From Malacoraja senta (Eukaryota), in assembly GCA_038087875.1 (NCBI GenBank), contig JAXLNO010000627.1:372001-436000 (forward strand): 64,000 nt of DNA. The letters run 5' to 3'. The translations under genes and the position numbers were made by a program. Under the pieces are notes generated by a model. That model was not told the origin of the DNA. It was given only the letters and a program-made list of their open reading frames with translations, and ran no database searches. Below are positions 51,780 through 64,000 of this stretch, piece by piece (within the stretch, counting starts at the first letter, position 1; each line of letters starts with the position of its first letter).

Positions 51780-52103
51780 CACGCTAGAGGCAGGAAACAT
51801 GTTCCCGATGTTGGGGGAGTCCAGAACCAGGGGCCACAGTTTAAGAATAAGGAGTAAGCCATTTAGAACGGAGACGAGGAGAGGGCGGTGAGGGCGGTGG
51901 AGGCGGGTTCTCTGGATGCTTTCGAGAGAGAGCTAGATAGGGCTCTTAAAGATAGCGGAGTCAGGGGATATAGGGAGAAGGCAGGAACGGGGTACTCATT
52001 GGGGATGATCAGCCATGATCACATTGAATGGCGGTGCTGGCTCGATGGGCCAAATGGCCTACTCCTGCACCTATTGTCTATTGTCTATTGTCTATTGTCT
52101 ATT
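51780..52103 (+). mobile_element. CR1 3' fragment with (ctattgt)n tail
   Basis: LDAFERELDRAL..GYREKAGTG followed by the tail. Confidence 0.85.
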
Positions 52104-53152
52104 GACAGACAGATAGACAGAAGGGTGGGGTAGCTCTGTTGGCAAGGAATTCGGTCTTTAGCGAGGGGTGACATAGGATCGGAAGATGTAGAAGCATTGT
52201 GGGTAGAGCTGAGAAATTGTAAGGGTAAAAACACCCTAATGGGAGTTATTTACTGCCCCCCAAAGAGTAGCCAGGATATAGGCTACAAGTTATATCAGGA
52301 GACCCAAACGGCATGTAAGAAAGAAAATGCTACAGTGGTCATCGAATATTTCAATATGCAGGTCAACTGGGAAAATCAGGTTCAGATACTGAACCCCAAG
52401 AAAGTGAATTTGTAGAGTGCCTCCCCGATAGATTCTTAGAGCAGCTTGCAGTGGAGTCTACCAGTGAAAAGGCAGTTTTGGATATGGTGTTGTGTACTGA
52501 ACTGAATTTCATAAGGGAACTGAAGATAAAGGAACCAGTAGGAGGTAGCGACCACAATATGATAAGATTTAACCTGCGATTTGAGAGCCAGAATATGAAT
52601 TCGGATATGTTGGTATTACAGCTGAGCAAAGCGGACTACAGAGGCTTGAGGGAGGTGGTGGCCAAAGTTGACTAGAAAAGGGTGATGATGGCAGGAAGTT
52701 CTGTGAATAATCCGGAAGATACAGGATCTTTTCATTCAAACGATTCAGAAAGATTCTAGATGGAGAAAAAGGCGACCGTGGCTGACATGAGAAGTCAAGG
52801 ACAGTATAAAACTAAAAGAGAAGGCGTATAACATAGCAAAGCTTTGTGGGAAGCCAGTGCATAGGGAAGCTTTTAAATAACAACAGAAGGTAACTAAAAA
52901 GGCAATATGTGGAGAAAAGATGAAATACGATGGGAAGTTAGCCAATAAAATAAACCAAGACAGCAAGATGTTCTTCAGTTATACAAAGAGTAAGAAAGAG
53001 GCAAGAGTGGGCAATGGACCGCTGCAGAATGATGCATGATAAGTGATAATGGTGAATAAAGAAATGGCAGGGGAGTTGAATACATTTTGTGCATCAGTCT
53101 TCAGAGTGTACAACACCAGCAACGTGCCTGAAATTCAACATAGTCAGGGGGT

Positions 53153-54600
53153 AACCATATAACCATTACAGCGCGGAAACAGGCCATCTCGGCCCTTCAT
53201 GTTCGTGCCGAACACTTTTTAATTGTTTTAATTTTTTTATTTTTAATTACTTCCCCCTAGTCCCATCTACCTGCACTCAGACCATAACCCTCCATTCCTT
53301 TCCCGTACATATATCCATCCAATCTATTTTTAAAGGATAAAATCGAACCTGCCTCCACCACTTCCACTGGAAGCTCATTCCACACAGCTACAACTCTCTG
53401 AGTAAAGAAGTTCCCCCTAATGTTACCCCTAAACTTCTGTCCCTTAATTCTCAAGTCATGTCCTCTTGTTTGAATCTTCCCTACTCTCAATGGGAAAAGC
53501 TTATCCACATCAACTCTGTCTAACCCGCTCATAATTTTAAAGACCTCTATCAAGTCCCCCCTTAACCTTCTGCGCTCCAAAGAATAAAGACCTAACTTGT
53601 TCAACCTTTCTCTGTAACTTAGTTGCTGAAACCCAAACAACATTCTCCTCTGTACTCTCTCTATTTTGTTGACATCCTTTCTATAATTAGGCGACCAAAA
53701 TTGTACTCCATATTACAGAATTGGCCTCACCAATGCCTTGTACAATTTTAACATTACATCCCAACTTCCATATTCAATGCTCTGATTTATAAAGGCCAGC
53801 ACACCAAAAGCTTTCTTTACCACCCTATCTACATGAGATTCCACCTTCAGGGAACTATGCACAGTTATTCCAAGATCCCTCTGTTCAACTGCATTCCTCA
53901 ATTCGCTACCATTTACCATGTACGTCCTATTTTGATTTGTCCTGCCGAGATGTAGCACCTCACATTTATCAGCATTAAACTCCATCTGACATCTTTCAGC
54001 CCACTCTTCCAAATGGCCTATATCTCTCTGTAGACTTTGAAAATCTACTTCATTATCCACAACACCATCTATCTTAGTATCATCTGCATACATACTAATA
54101 CAATTTTCCACACCATCATCCAGATCATTGATGTACATGACAAACAACAGTGGACCAAACACAGACCCCTGAGGCACCCCACTAGTCACCGGCCTCCAAC
54201 CTGACAAACAGCCATCCACCACTACTCTCTGGCATCTCCCATTCAGCCACTGTTGAATCCATTTTGTTACTCCACCATTAATACCCAACAATTGAATCTT
54301 CTTAACCAACCTTCCATGAGGAACCTTGTCAAAGGCCTTACTGAAGTCCATATAGACAACATCCAATGCTTTACCCTCATCAATTTCCCTGGTAACCTCT
54401 TCGAAAAATTCAAGAAGATTAGTCAAACATGACCTTCCGGGCACAAATCCATGTTGACTGTTCCTAATCAGACCCTGCTTATCCAGATGCTTATATATAT
54501 ATTATCTCTAAGTATCCTTTCCATTAATTTGCCCACCACTGACGTCAAACTAGCAGGTCTATAATTGCTAGCTTTACTCTGAGAACCCTTTTTACACCAC
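53153..54600 (-). mobile_element. CR1 LINE 3' half (RT)
   Basis: 243-aa ORF GRSCLTNLLEFFE..YMDFSKAFDKVPH..GVPQGSV..YADDTK, plus the C-terminal ORF 53,257-53,643. Confidence 0.93.
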
Positions 54601-54737
54601 GGTTTAAGTTAATTTAGTGGCTATTACTACAGAGAAGGTGCTTAGGAAGCTGAATGGGATGAAGGTGGATAAGTCACTTGGATCGGATGGACTGCACCCT
54701 AGGGTTCTGAAAGAGGTGGCTTTAGAGATTGTGGAGC

Positions 54738-57700
54738 CCGTGGACAATGCGCTGCAACGGGCTGGCGTTCAACTACATAGAGCGGACCGCGGAGCAGAGT
54801 CAGCAGGAAAATCAAGAGGAGGTGGAATATGCCTCTATTCTATCCAGGACTGGTGCAGCGACATCACGGTATTGTCTAACTTCTGTTCTCCCAATCTAGA
54901 ATCCTTCTTTATAAACTACAAACCCTTTTATTCTCCGAGGGAATTTACCGTTTTTATTCTCGCTGGAGTTTACAGCGCCCCCCCCCCCCCAAGTCTGCTT
55001 ACGTGAGGCGCTAAGCAACTCGCTGACCAGGTAATGAGGGTAGGGAGTGACTTCCCAGACGCCATGATCATTGTCTTGGGGGACTTTAACAAGGCTAACC
55101 TCAGCCGTGACCTTCCAAAATACAGACTTCATGTTACCTGCCCCACCGGTGTGTCGAGAACACTCGATTACTGTTACACTTCAATCAAGACCCCATATCG
55201 CTCTGTTCCCCGGGCAGGTCTCGGTCTCTCTGATCATTGTCTAGTTCACCTTATTCCGACCTACAGGCAGAAACTAAAATCTGCTAAGCCTGTGGTTAGA
55301 ACAATGAAAAGGTGGACAAGCGAGGGCATTGAGAACCTACAGTCCTGCTTTGACTGCACGGATTGAAATGTGTTCAGGGAAGCAACCACAAGCCTCCATG
55401 AGTATACAGACACTGTGACATCATATGTCATCTTTTGTGCGGACAGTTGCATTTCCACTATGACCCGGATCTGGTTCAACAACGACAAGCCCTGGTTTTA
55501 CAGCAGAACTCAGACAGCTCCGCCAGTCTAAAGACGAGGCCGACAGGAGCGGGGATGCAGACCTCTACAGGCAGGCCGTGTACAAGCTGAGAAGAAGAAT
55601 CAGAGCTGACAAGGAAAGGAAAGGAAAGTTTAGGAGCAAGTTCTCAGCTAGTGACTCTTCTTCAGTTTGGAACGGTTTTCAAGAAATCATCAGCTACAGG
55701 AGGAAAGCTCCCGCTCCTTGGACAATCGTCAGCGGACCAAATACCTCAACGAGTTCTACTGCTGGTTCGACAAACAGAAACGTAACTCTGGTACCCCATC
55801 CCTAATCCCCAAACAACACTTCCCCTCTCCTGACATCCTGACTCCAGTTTGCAAAGACTGGACCCTTGCACACCCACTCCTCCCCAACCACCACTTCACA
55901 CCTAATTACTACCTGACTCCAGTCTGTAAAGACTGGGCCCTTTCCCACCCATCCCCTCTCCAATCACCACTAAACACACACTTACAGCCTGACTCCAATC
56001 TGCAAAGAGTGGGCCATCGTCCACTACCCACCCCTTCCTTGCTGCCCAACATCAGTCTGGCCACTTCTCCATCACTAAGAATAGAAATGGAGGAGGTGGA
56101 GAGGCTGTTCAGAAGACAGAAAAGCCGGAAATCTCCAGGACCGGACAATGTTTCCCCCTTTACCCGCGAGCTCTGTGCCGAACAACTGGCACCGGTCTAC
56201 ACAACATTGTCAACCAGTCCCTGCAAACCTGTACAGTCCCTGCCTGCTTCAACGTCTCCACTATTGTCCCTGTACCCAAAAATACAAAGTTTACTGGTCT
56301 TAATGACAAGAGGTCTGTCTGATGCAAAAGAAAAACAAGCGTTTGAGTGAATGAATTGCTGCTTTCAAAGCGGAAATCGCTATTAAAACATGGGGGGTCA
56401 CAATGAGGCCTGACATTTAGGACAGGGGTCGGCATCCTACGGCCCACGGGACGGATCCGGCCCCTAACCCGAAATCATCCGGCCCGCAGGCGTATTTTTT
56501 TTCAATTGGTTTTCGCAACATGTGAACTGCAACCAGTGCCGGGGCAAGCAGGCGACCTGCGCGCTGCAGCCAGACCTGGGGCAAGCGAGCCAACCTGGGC
56601 TCTACAACCAGGCCCGGGGCAAGGCGAGCCGACCTGGGAAATGCAACTAGTCCCGGGCTGCTAGATTCTAGGAGCTGGCGGCCTCCAACTGGAATCGACC
56701 TTGAGGGCTCCGGTCGCAGACCCTGTGGACTGGACTTACCATCACGGAGCTGGCTGACGTCTGAGGCTGTGGTGGCTTTGGGGCTGCGACCCGACTTCGG
56801 AGGCTTCGGTTTTGCTGCAACATGTTTCACCAAACATGGGGGGGGGGTGAGATTGGCCCACACCTCTCAAAACATGGGGGGGGGGGTGGGTGTGAGATTG
56901 TCCCACACCTCTCAAAACATGGGGGGGGCGTGAGATTGTCCCACACCTCTCAAAACATGGGGGGGGGGTGAGATTGTCCCACACCTCTCAAAACATGGTG
57001 GGGGGGGCGGGGGTGTGAGATTGTCCCACACCTCTCAATACATGTGGGGGGGGGCAGGTCCCCCCGTCCCCCTCAGGATTTCCTGCGAGCGGTGGCGGAT
57101 ACAGTCCGGAATGTCAATGGATGATCACTGTAAACTAGAAGCTGCTGTTCGTGCAGCAATTAGACGGCTGCAGAGGTCAGCATCCAGTGGAACTTTTGTC
57201 TGATCAAACCCTCCCTATAATATCACCCAGATAAGCATCACTCCGGTCGACACAAAATGCTGGAGTAACTCAGCAGGACAGGCAGCATCTCTGGAGAGAA
57301 GCCAGCTGGAGACGTTTCAGGTCGAGATCCTTCCAGTAGGGTGAGATAGTCCAGCATTTTGTGTCTACCTTCGATTTAAACAAGAAGTTACAGTTCTTTC
57401 CTACACATACCAATCCGGACCGCTTTGACTCCTCTGTCAAGCTTCTCAAGTTTGCAGATGACACAACCTTGATTGGACTGATCCAGAATGGGGATAAATC
57501 TGCCTACACACAGGAAGTGACACAGCTGGCGTTCTGGTGCCTTCGTAACAACCTGGAGCTCACTGCACTTAAGACACTGGAATTGACAGTAGACTTTAGG
57601 AGAGCTCCCCCTCCCCTCATCTCACACCATCAACAACACCACAGTCACATCTGTGGAGTCTTTTAAGTTCCTTAGAACGATCGTCTCCAAGGACCTGAAA

Positions 57701-58293
57701 TGGGGGGCCTCCATCGTCTCCACAGAAAAAAAGACCCAACAGAGGATGTACTTCCTGCGGAAGTTGAGGAAACACAAAGTGCTACAGGCAATGATGGTCC
57801 ATTTCTATACTGCCATCGTAGAGTCTGTTCTGACCTTCTCCATCATGGTCTGGTTTGGCTCAGCCACCAAGCATGACATCCAGAGGCTGCAGCGAATCGT
57901 CCGATTGGCTGCAACCTTCCCCCCATTAACTAACTGTACACTTCAAGGGCCAAGAAGCGAGCGGGTAAGATCATCTCTGACCCTGGCAACAAACTCTTTG
58001 ATCCACTTTTCTCTGGAATGCGACTCCGGACTCTCAAATCCGCCACAGCCAGACATAAAAAAGCTTTTTTTTCCACGAGTAGTAGCTCTACTCAACAACC
58101 AAAAGTCTGCAGCCTCATTTTGCTCTGGTATTTTATTTCATTCACATGTTTAATCTGTAATGGTTTATTATTCATGTTTAATGTTTTATGTGTTATACTT
58201 AATGTCGTGTTGTTATTTGCGAGCAGAGCACCAAGGCAAACTCCTTGTATGTGTACATACTTGGCCAACAAACATTCATTCATTCATTCATTC
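54738..58293 (+). mobile_element. Rex1/Babar-type LINE with internal deletion and insertions
   Basis: RADR..KSRGGGICLY..WC, KPFYSPREF, LGDFN, GLSDH (endonuclease), KSPGPDNV, KFADDTTLIGLI, and QQRMYFLRKL..FYTAIVESVLT..WFG (C-terminus). Tail (cattcatt)n. Confidence 0.88.
56423..57090. mobile_element. hAT-like MITE end followed by a G-rich minisatellite (56,833-57,052)
   Basis: caggggtcggcatcctacggcccacggg..ggatccggccc is a Charlie-like terminus. About 6 copies of aaacatg(g)ntgagattgtcccacacctctca follow. Confidence 0.55.
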
Positions 58294-58494
58294 ATGGTGA
58301 TATTTCACGAATCACTAGAGTTAGGAGTTGTTCCAGATTATTGGAAAATTGCCAATATTACCCCGCTGCACAAGAAGGGAGCAAAGCAGAATAGGGGGAA
58401 CTATACGACGGTAAGTCTGACTACGGTGGTTTGTAAGATTTTGGCAGTCCGTTATAAAGGAGGAAGTTACGGAGTATTGTGAAAGTCACGATAA

Positions 58495-59756
58495 TATAGA
58501 AACATACGAACATAGAAAAGAGGTGCAGGAGGAGGCCATTCGGCCCTTCGAGCCAGCACCGCCATTCATTGTGATCATGGCTGAGCGTCCCCTATCAATA
58601 ACCCGTGCCTGCTTTCTCCCCATATCCATTGACTCCACTAGCCCCTAGAGCTCTATCTAACTCTCTCTTAAATCCATCCAGTGACTTGGCCTCCACTGCC
58701 CTCTGTGGCAGGGATTCCATAAATGCACAACTCTCTGGGTGAAATTTTTTTTCCTCACCTCAGTCTTAAATGAGCTCCGCTTTATTCTAAGACAGTGGCC
58801 TCTGGTTCTAGACTCGCCCAACATTGGGGACATTTTTCCTGCATCTAGCTTGTCCAGTCCTTTTATAATTTTATATGTTTCTATAAGATCTCCCCTCATC
58901 CTTCTAAACTCCAGTGAATACAAGCCTAGTCTTTTCAATCTTTCCTCATATGATAGTCTCGCCATCCCAGGGATCAATCTCGTGAACCTACGCTGCACTG
59001 CCTCAAATACAAGGAGGTCCTTCCTCAAATTAGGAGACAAAAATTGTACACAATACTCCAGATGTGGTCTCACCAGAGCCCTATACAACTGCAGAAGAAC
59101 CTCTTTACTCCTATACTGAAATCCTCTTGTTATGAAGGCCAACATTCCATTAGCTTAATTCACTGCCTGCTGTACCTGCACGCCAACTTTCAGCGACCGG
59201 TGTACAAGGACACCGAGGTCTCGCTGCACCTCCCACTTACCTAACCTAATCCCATTGAGATAATAATCTGCCCCCTTGTTTTTGCCGCCAAAGTGGACAA
59301 CCTCACATGTATCTATATTATTCTGCATCTGCCACGCATCTGTCCACACACTCAACCTGTACAGGTCACCCTGCAAACTCCTAACATCCTCTTCACAGTT
59401 CACACTGCCACCCAGCTTTGTGTCATCCGCAAACTTGCTAGTGTTGCTCCTATATCCCTCTTCCAAATCATTAATATATATGGTAAATAGTTGCGGCCCC
59501 AACACCGAGCATTGCGGCACTCCACTCGCCACTGCCTGCCATCCTGAAAAGGACCCGTTCACTCCTATACTTTGCTTCCGGTCTGCCAACCAATTTTCTA
59601 TCCATGTCAACACCCTACCCTCAATACCATGTGCTCTAATTTTAGTCACCAGTCTCCCGTGCGGGACCTTATCAAAGGCTTTCTGAAAGTCTAGATACAC
59701 TACATCAACTGGCACCCCTTCACCCATTTTACTTGTCACATCCTCAAAAAAACCCA
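58495..59756 (-). mobile_element. CR1 LINE 3' part (RT)
   Basis: YLDFQKAFDKVPHGRL..FADDTKL and LVRPHLEYCVQF, with a (tatgtttc)-type tail. Confidence 0.93.
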
Positions 59757-62182
59757 GAAGATAGGCTGGTCAGCATTGCTCTGTGAAGGGGGGTCTTGCT
59801 TGTCAAATTTGCTGCAATTCTTTGAAGAAGTAAATAGCAGGACCAACAAAGGCCTTTGATAAGGTGCCACATGTGAAGCTGCTGGTGAAGATGAGAGCCC
59901 ACGTTATCAAAGGGCAGATACTAGCATGGATGGCAGGTTGGCTGGATGGCGGAGAAAATAATGGCAATAAAGAGGGATTTTTCTGGTTGGCTGCCAGTGA
60001 CGAGCGGAGTGCCGCAGGTATCGGTGCTGCGCCTGCCACCCTTCACGTTGTATTTTAATGATTTTGGACGAGGGGATTGAAGGCTTTGGAGCCACGTTTT
60101 GCGGATAATCCGAAAATAGGTAGAGGGGCAGGTAGTGTAGAGAAAGCAGGAACTCTACACAGGGACTTGGACAAGGTGGGAGAGTGGGTAGACAAGTAGC
60201 ACATGGAATATTGTGCAGCATAGTGTGGACTCATGCATTTTGTAGTAGGAATAAAGGCATAGAATATGTTCTAAATTGGGAGAGAATACATACATCGCAG
60301 GTGCTCATGGGACTTGGGAGTGCTGGGGCCGGATTCCCCAAAGGTTAATCTGCAAGTAGAATCAATGGTAATGAAAGCAAATTCAATGCTAGCATTTATT
60401 TCAAGAGGGCTTGTAGACAAAAACAGGGATGTAATGCTGAGGTTCCACAATGCACTGTTAAGGCCTTTGGAATATTATGAGCAATTTTGGGCACCATATA
60501 TGAGGATGGATGTGCTGGCTCTGGAGAGGTTCCAGATGATGTTTACAAGAGTGACCCCAGAAATGAGTAGCTTAAACTATGATGAGCGTTTCTCGGCACT
60601 GGGCCTGTACTCGCTGGAGTTTAGAAAAATAAGGGGGGACCTCATTGGAACAAACATAATAGTGAAAGGCTTGTATAGACTCTATGTGAAGAGGATGTAT
60701 CCACTAGTATGAGAGGCTAGGATTAGAGGTCGTAGCCTCAGAATTAATGGATGTTCTTTTAGGAAGGAGATTTATTTCGACAGATGGTGGTGATTCTGTG
60801 GAATTATTTGCCACAGAAGGCAGTGGAGACCGTCAGTGAATATTTTTACGGCAGAGATAGATAGATTCTTGATGTACAGTTGTCAGAGGTTTTGGGGAGA
60901 AGGCAGGATAATGGGGTTCGTAGGGAGTGATAGATCCGCCATGAGTGAATGGCGAAGTAGACTTGATGGGCCGAATTGCCTAATTCTACTCTTATCACTT
61001 AGGATTTATCTGAGGCTGCACCTGACCTGAGATTGTCTGCCCAGATTTTCCTGGAATAGTCTTCGTGTACCACATTGGTGTTCAGAGTGTTTTAGTGTAC
61101 AGGACAGAGCACTTGTTTCAAAGACCAGGATACCGTATTTGCTCCGCGACTTTGTACAATATGTGTTCTGTCAGTACAATGGCAAGATTCCTACACGGTT
61201 TGCCCTTTCTATGAAGTTTCGTGCTGTTGTACATTGCAGTGGACGTACACGGAGTGGTTGCGCTAGTTTGTCCTTGGTCTGAGCCAATCATTGCCAGTGT
61301 AAAACGGCCAATGGCTTTCCAGTGACGTTTGGCCGTGTTGCCGCCCCCTACATTTCCGTACTCGGTCCTCTGCTGTTTTCAGAAGGTCCATCTCTCCATA
61401 AGCCAGCCCGAGATGTTGTAGTTTACGTCATCATGACACAATTCATATTATACTTCTGTTTCTGTCAACTGCTGCCCACTGCAATTAGACACAGTGCCGG
61501 TCTCTTGCTTTCTTATCATAATAAAGGTATGAGATATAGAATAACCTGTGGATTTCCATACACCTCTCTTTTACTATAAGCACGGTGGAGAAAAGTTCGT
61601 TTCCGTCACGTGCAATGTTGAGCTTTTTATAATATTATTTTGGTCAGCATCGTCACTGCCCTGTGTGAGTAACATGGGAACGCGTGTACACACTGCACTG
61701 CGTGTGTTTGACAGGCCCGTGACGGAGCAGTTCAGCTGTTTCTCATTCGGTGCCCCGTCATGGAAGGCCTCGTAATGTTCTTTGTCCGAGCCGTAACCGG
61801 ACGATTTCTAGCCGGCTCCCACAGTTGTGAGTCAATGCTGCCGGCTGGTTCAGCTTCACTGCCGTTGACAGGGAACATGGTGCGGGTCCGGTTAGATCGA
61901 GGTTCTGATTACCCTGCTCGTGATGGACATGAAATTTGTGACAACACAGAGTGTTCAAGTGTCATCATCATCGGCAGTCACTCGAAACGCCTACGACTGT
62001 CCTCTCCATAGGGTCGTCTACTTTTTGGTCTGTAGGTGTCTTTAGAGGTCGATCCGCGATCCACACACCTTGGTGCAACGTGGGCAGCGGAGATTGGCGG
62101 TGGTTGGAAGTCGTTGAGCCCCCTTCTCTCTCTCTCCTTATGGTGCTGTTGCTTTCTCTCTGCGACACAGCGTATTTCATTT

Positions 62183-64000
62183 CATGAAGTGAAACTAAAA
62201 GATAAGATGTATAACACAGCAAAGAGTAGCCGGAAGCCAGAGGATTGGGAAACTTTCATAGTACAACAGAAGGAAACAAAACGGGCAATACGGGCTGAAA
62301 AGATGAAGTACGAAGGGAAGCTGGCCAGGAATATAAAGAAGGACAGTAAAAGCTTCTTTAGATATGTTAAGGGAAAAGGAGTAGCAAAGTCAAATGTGGG
62401 TCCCTTGAAGGCAGACACGGGTGAAATTATTATGGGCAACAAGGAAATGGCAGAAGAGCTGAATAGGTACTTCTGATCTGTCTTCACTAAGGAAGACACA
62501 AACAATCTCCCAGAAGTACTGGAGGACAGAGGATCTAAGGGGGCAGAGGAACTGAAATAAATTTTCATTAGGCGAGAAATAGTATTGGGTAGGCTAATGG
62601 GACTGAAGGATGATAAATTCCCTGGACCCGATGGTCTGCATCCCAGGGTCCTTATGGACGTGGCTCTAGAATTAGTGGACGCATTGGTGACCATTTTCCA
62701 ACGTTCAATACATTCAGGATCAGTTCCTGTGGATTGTATGATAGCTAATGTTATCCCACTTTTCAAGAAAGGAGCGAGAGAGAAAACGGCGACTTACAGA
62801 CCAGTTAGCCTGACTTCGGTGGTGGGAAAGATGCTGGAGTCAAACATTAAAAAGGTAATAATGGGGCATTTGGAGAGCAATAAAAGGATTAGTCCAAGTT
62901 AACATGGATTTATGAAAGGGAAATCATGCTTGACTAATCTTCTTGAATTTTTTGAGGATGTGACAAGTTAAATGGATTAAAGGGTACCAGTGGATGTAAT
63001 GTATCTAGACTTAGAGAAAACCTTTGATCAGGCACCGCACGGGAGACTGGTGACTAAAATTAGAGCACATGGTATTGGGGGTAGGGTGTTGACATGAATA
63101 GAAAATTGGTTGGCAGACCGGAAGGAAAGAGCAGGAGTGAACTGGTCCTTTTCAGAATGGCAGGCAGTGGCGAGTGGAGTGCCGCAAGGCTCGGTGTTGG
63201 GGCCGCAACTTTTTACTATATATATTAATGATTTGGAAGAGGGAATTATGAGCAACACTAGCAAGTTTGCGGATGACACAAAGCTGGGTGGCCGTGTGAA
63301 CTGTGAAGAGGATGTGCGCAGGTTGCAGGGTGACCTGGACAGGTGAGTGAGTGGGCAGATGCGTGGCAGATGCAGTATAATATAAATACATGTGAGGTTA
63401 TCCACTTTGGCGGCTAAACAAGGGGGCAGATTATTATCTCAATGGGTTAGGTTAGGTAAGTGGGAGGTTGCAGCGAGACCTGGGTGTCCTTGTACACTGG
63501 TCAATAAAAGTTGGCGTGCAGGTACAGCAGGCAGTGAAAAAAAGCTAATGGAATGTTGGCCTTCATAACAAGAGGATTTCAGTATAGGAGTAAAGAGGTA
63601 CTTCTGCAGTTGCATAGGGCTCTGGTGAGACCACATCTGGAGTATTGTGTACAGTTTTGGTCTCCTAATTTGAGGAAGGACATCCTTGTGATTGAGGCAG
63701 TGCAGCGTAGGTTCACGAGATTGATCTCTGGGATGGCGAGACTGTCATATGAGGAAAGATTGAAAAGACTAGGTTTGTATTCACTGGAGTTTAGAAGGAG
63801 GAGGGGGGTTCTTATAGAAACATATAAAATTATAAAGGATTGGTCAAGCTAGATGAAGGAAAAATGTTCCGAATGTTGGGCGAGTCCAGAACCAGGGGCC
63901 ACAGTCTTAGAATAAAGGGGAGGTCATTTGAGAAAAAACGTTTTCACCCAGAGAGTTGTGAATTTATGGAATATGGAAGGGCCGAATGACCTCCTCCTGC
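62183..64000 (+). mobile_element. CR1 LINE ORF2 (5'-truncated), same subfamily as 58,495-59,756
   Basis: PGPDGLHPRVL, GVPQGSVLGPQLF, FADDTKL, LVRPHLEYCVQFWSP, with multiple stops. Confidence 0.93.

Larger units (their letters stand above)
51670..61000 (+). mobile_element. Old CR1 ORF2 split into five pieces by nested insertions
   Basis: Colinear ORF2 pieces at about 51,670-51,760, 52,105-53,152 (WVELRN, GGSDHN), 54,605-54,737 (DGLHPRVLKEVA), 58,294-58,494 (WKIANITPLHKKG) and 59,757-61,000 (RT to 3' end). Confidence 0.85.

Noticed and set aside
58495..64000. Second inverted segmental duplication
   Set aside because: Similarity is confined to two copies of the same CR1 subfamily and the flanks are unrelated.

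Overview
Repeat-dense vertebrate genomic DNA, most likely from a cartilaginous fish (skate or ray). This is inferred from the CR1, L2, Rex1 and Penelope repeat spectrum and from a GPR139-like receptor family. The left half is a large inverted segmental duplication with arms at about 1-15,521 and 22,092-30,937 and a spacer containing a 200-N gap. Each arm carries a GPR139-like class A GPCR exon 2 and a head-to-tail array of non-autonomous Helitron-like units. The two receptor copies are inactivated differently. By manual codon alignment they differ at 24 non-synonymous and only 3 synonymous codons. Exon 1 of the right-hand receptor lies at 36,326-36,395. Each arm shows the empty site of an insertion in the other: an L2+CR1 composite in the left arm, and a tRNA/CORE/L2-tailed SINE with a 9-bp TSD in the right arm. 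The rest of the window is decayed LINEs, including a deeply nested CR1/Rex1/hAT stack at 51.7-61 kb, Penelope-like elements with hammerhead-ribozyme motifs, a phased CCAAT-box array and simple repeats. No intact, clearly functional protein-coding gene is fully contained in the window. All alignments and counts were done by eye.
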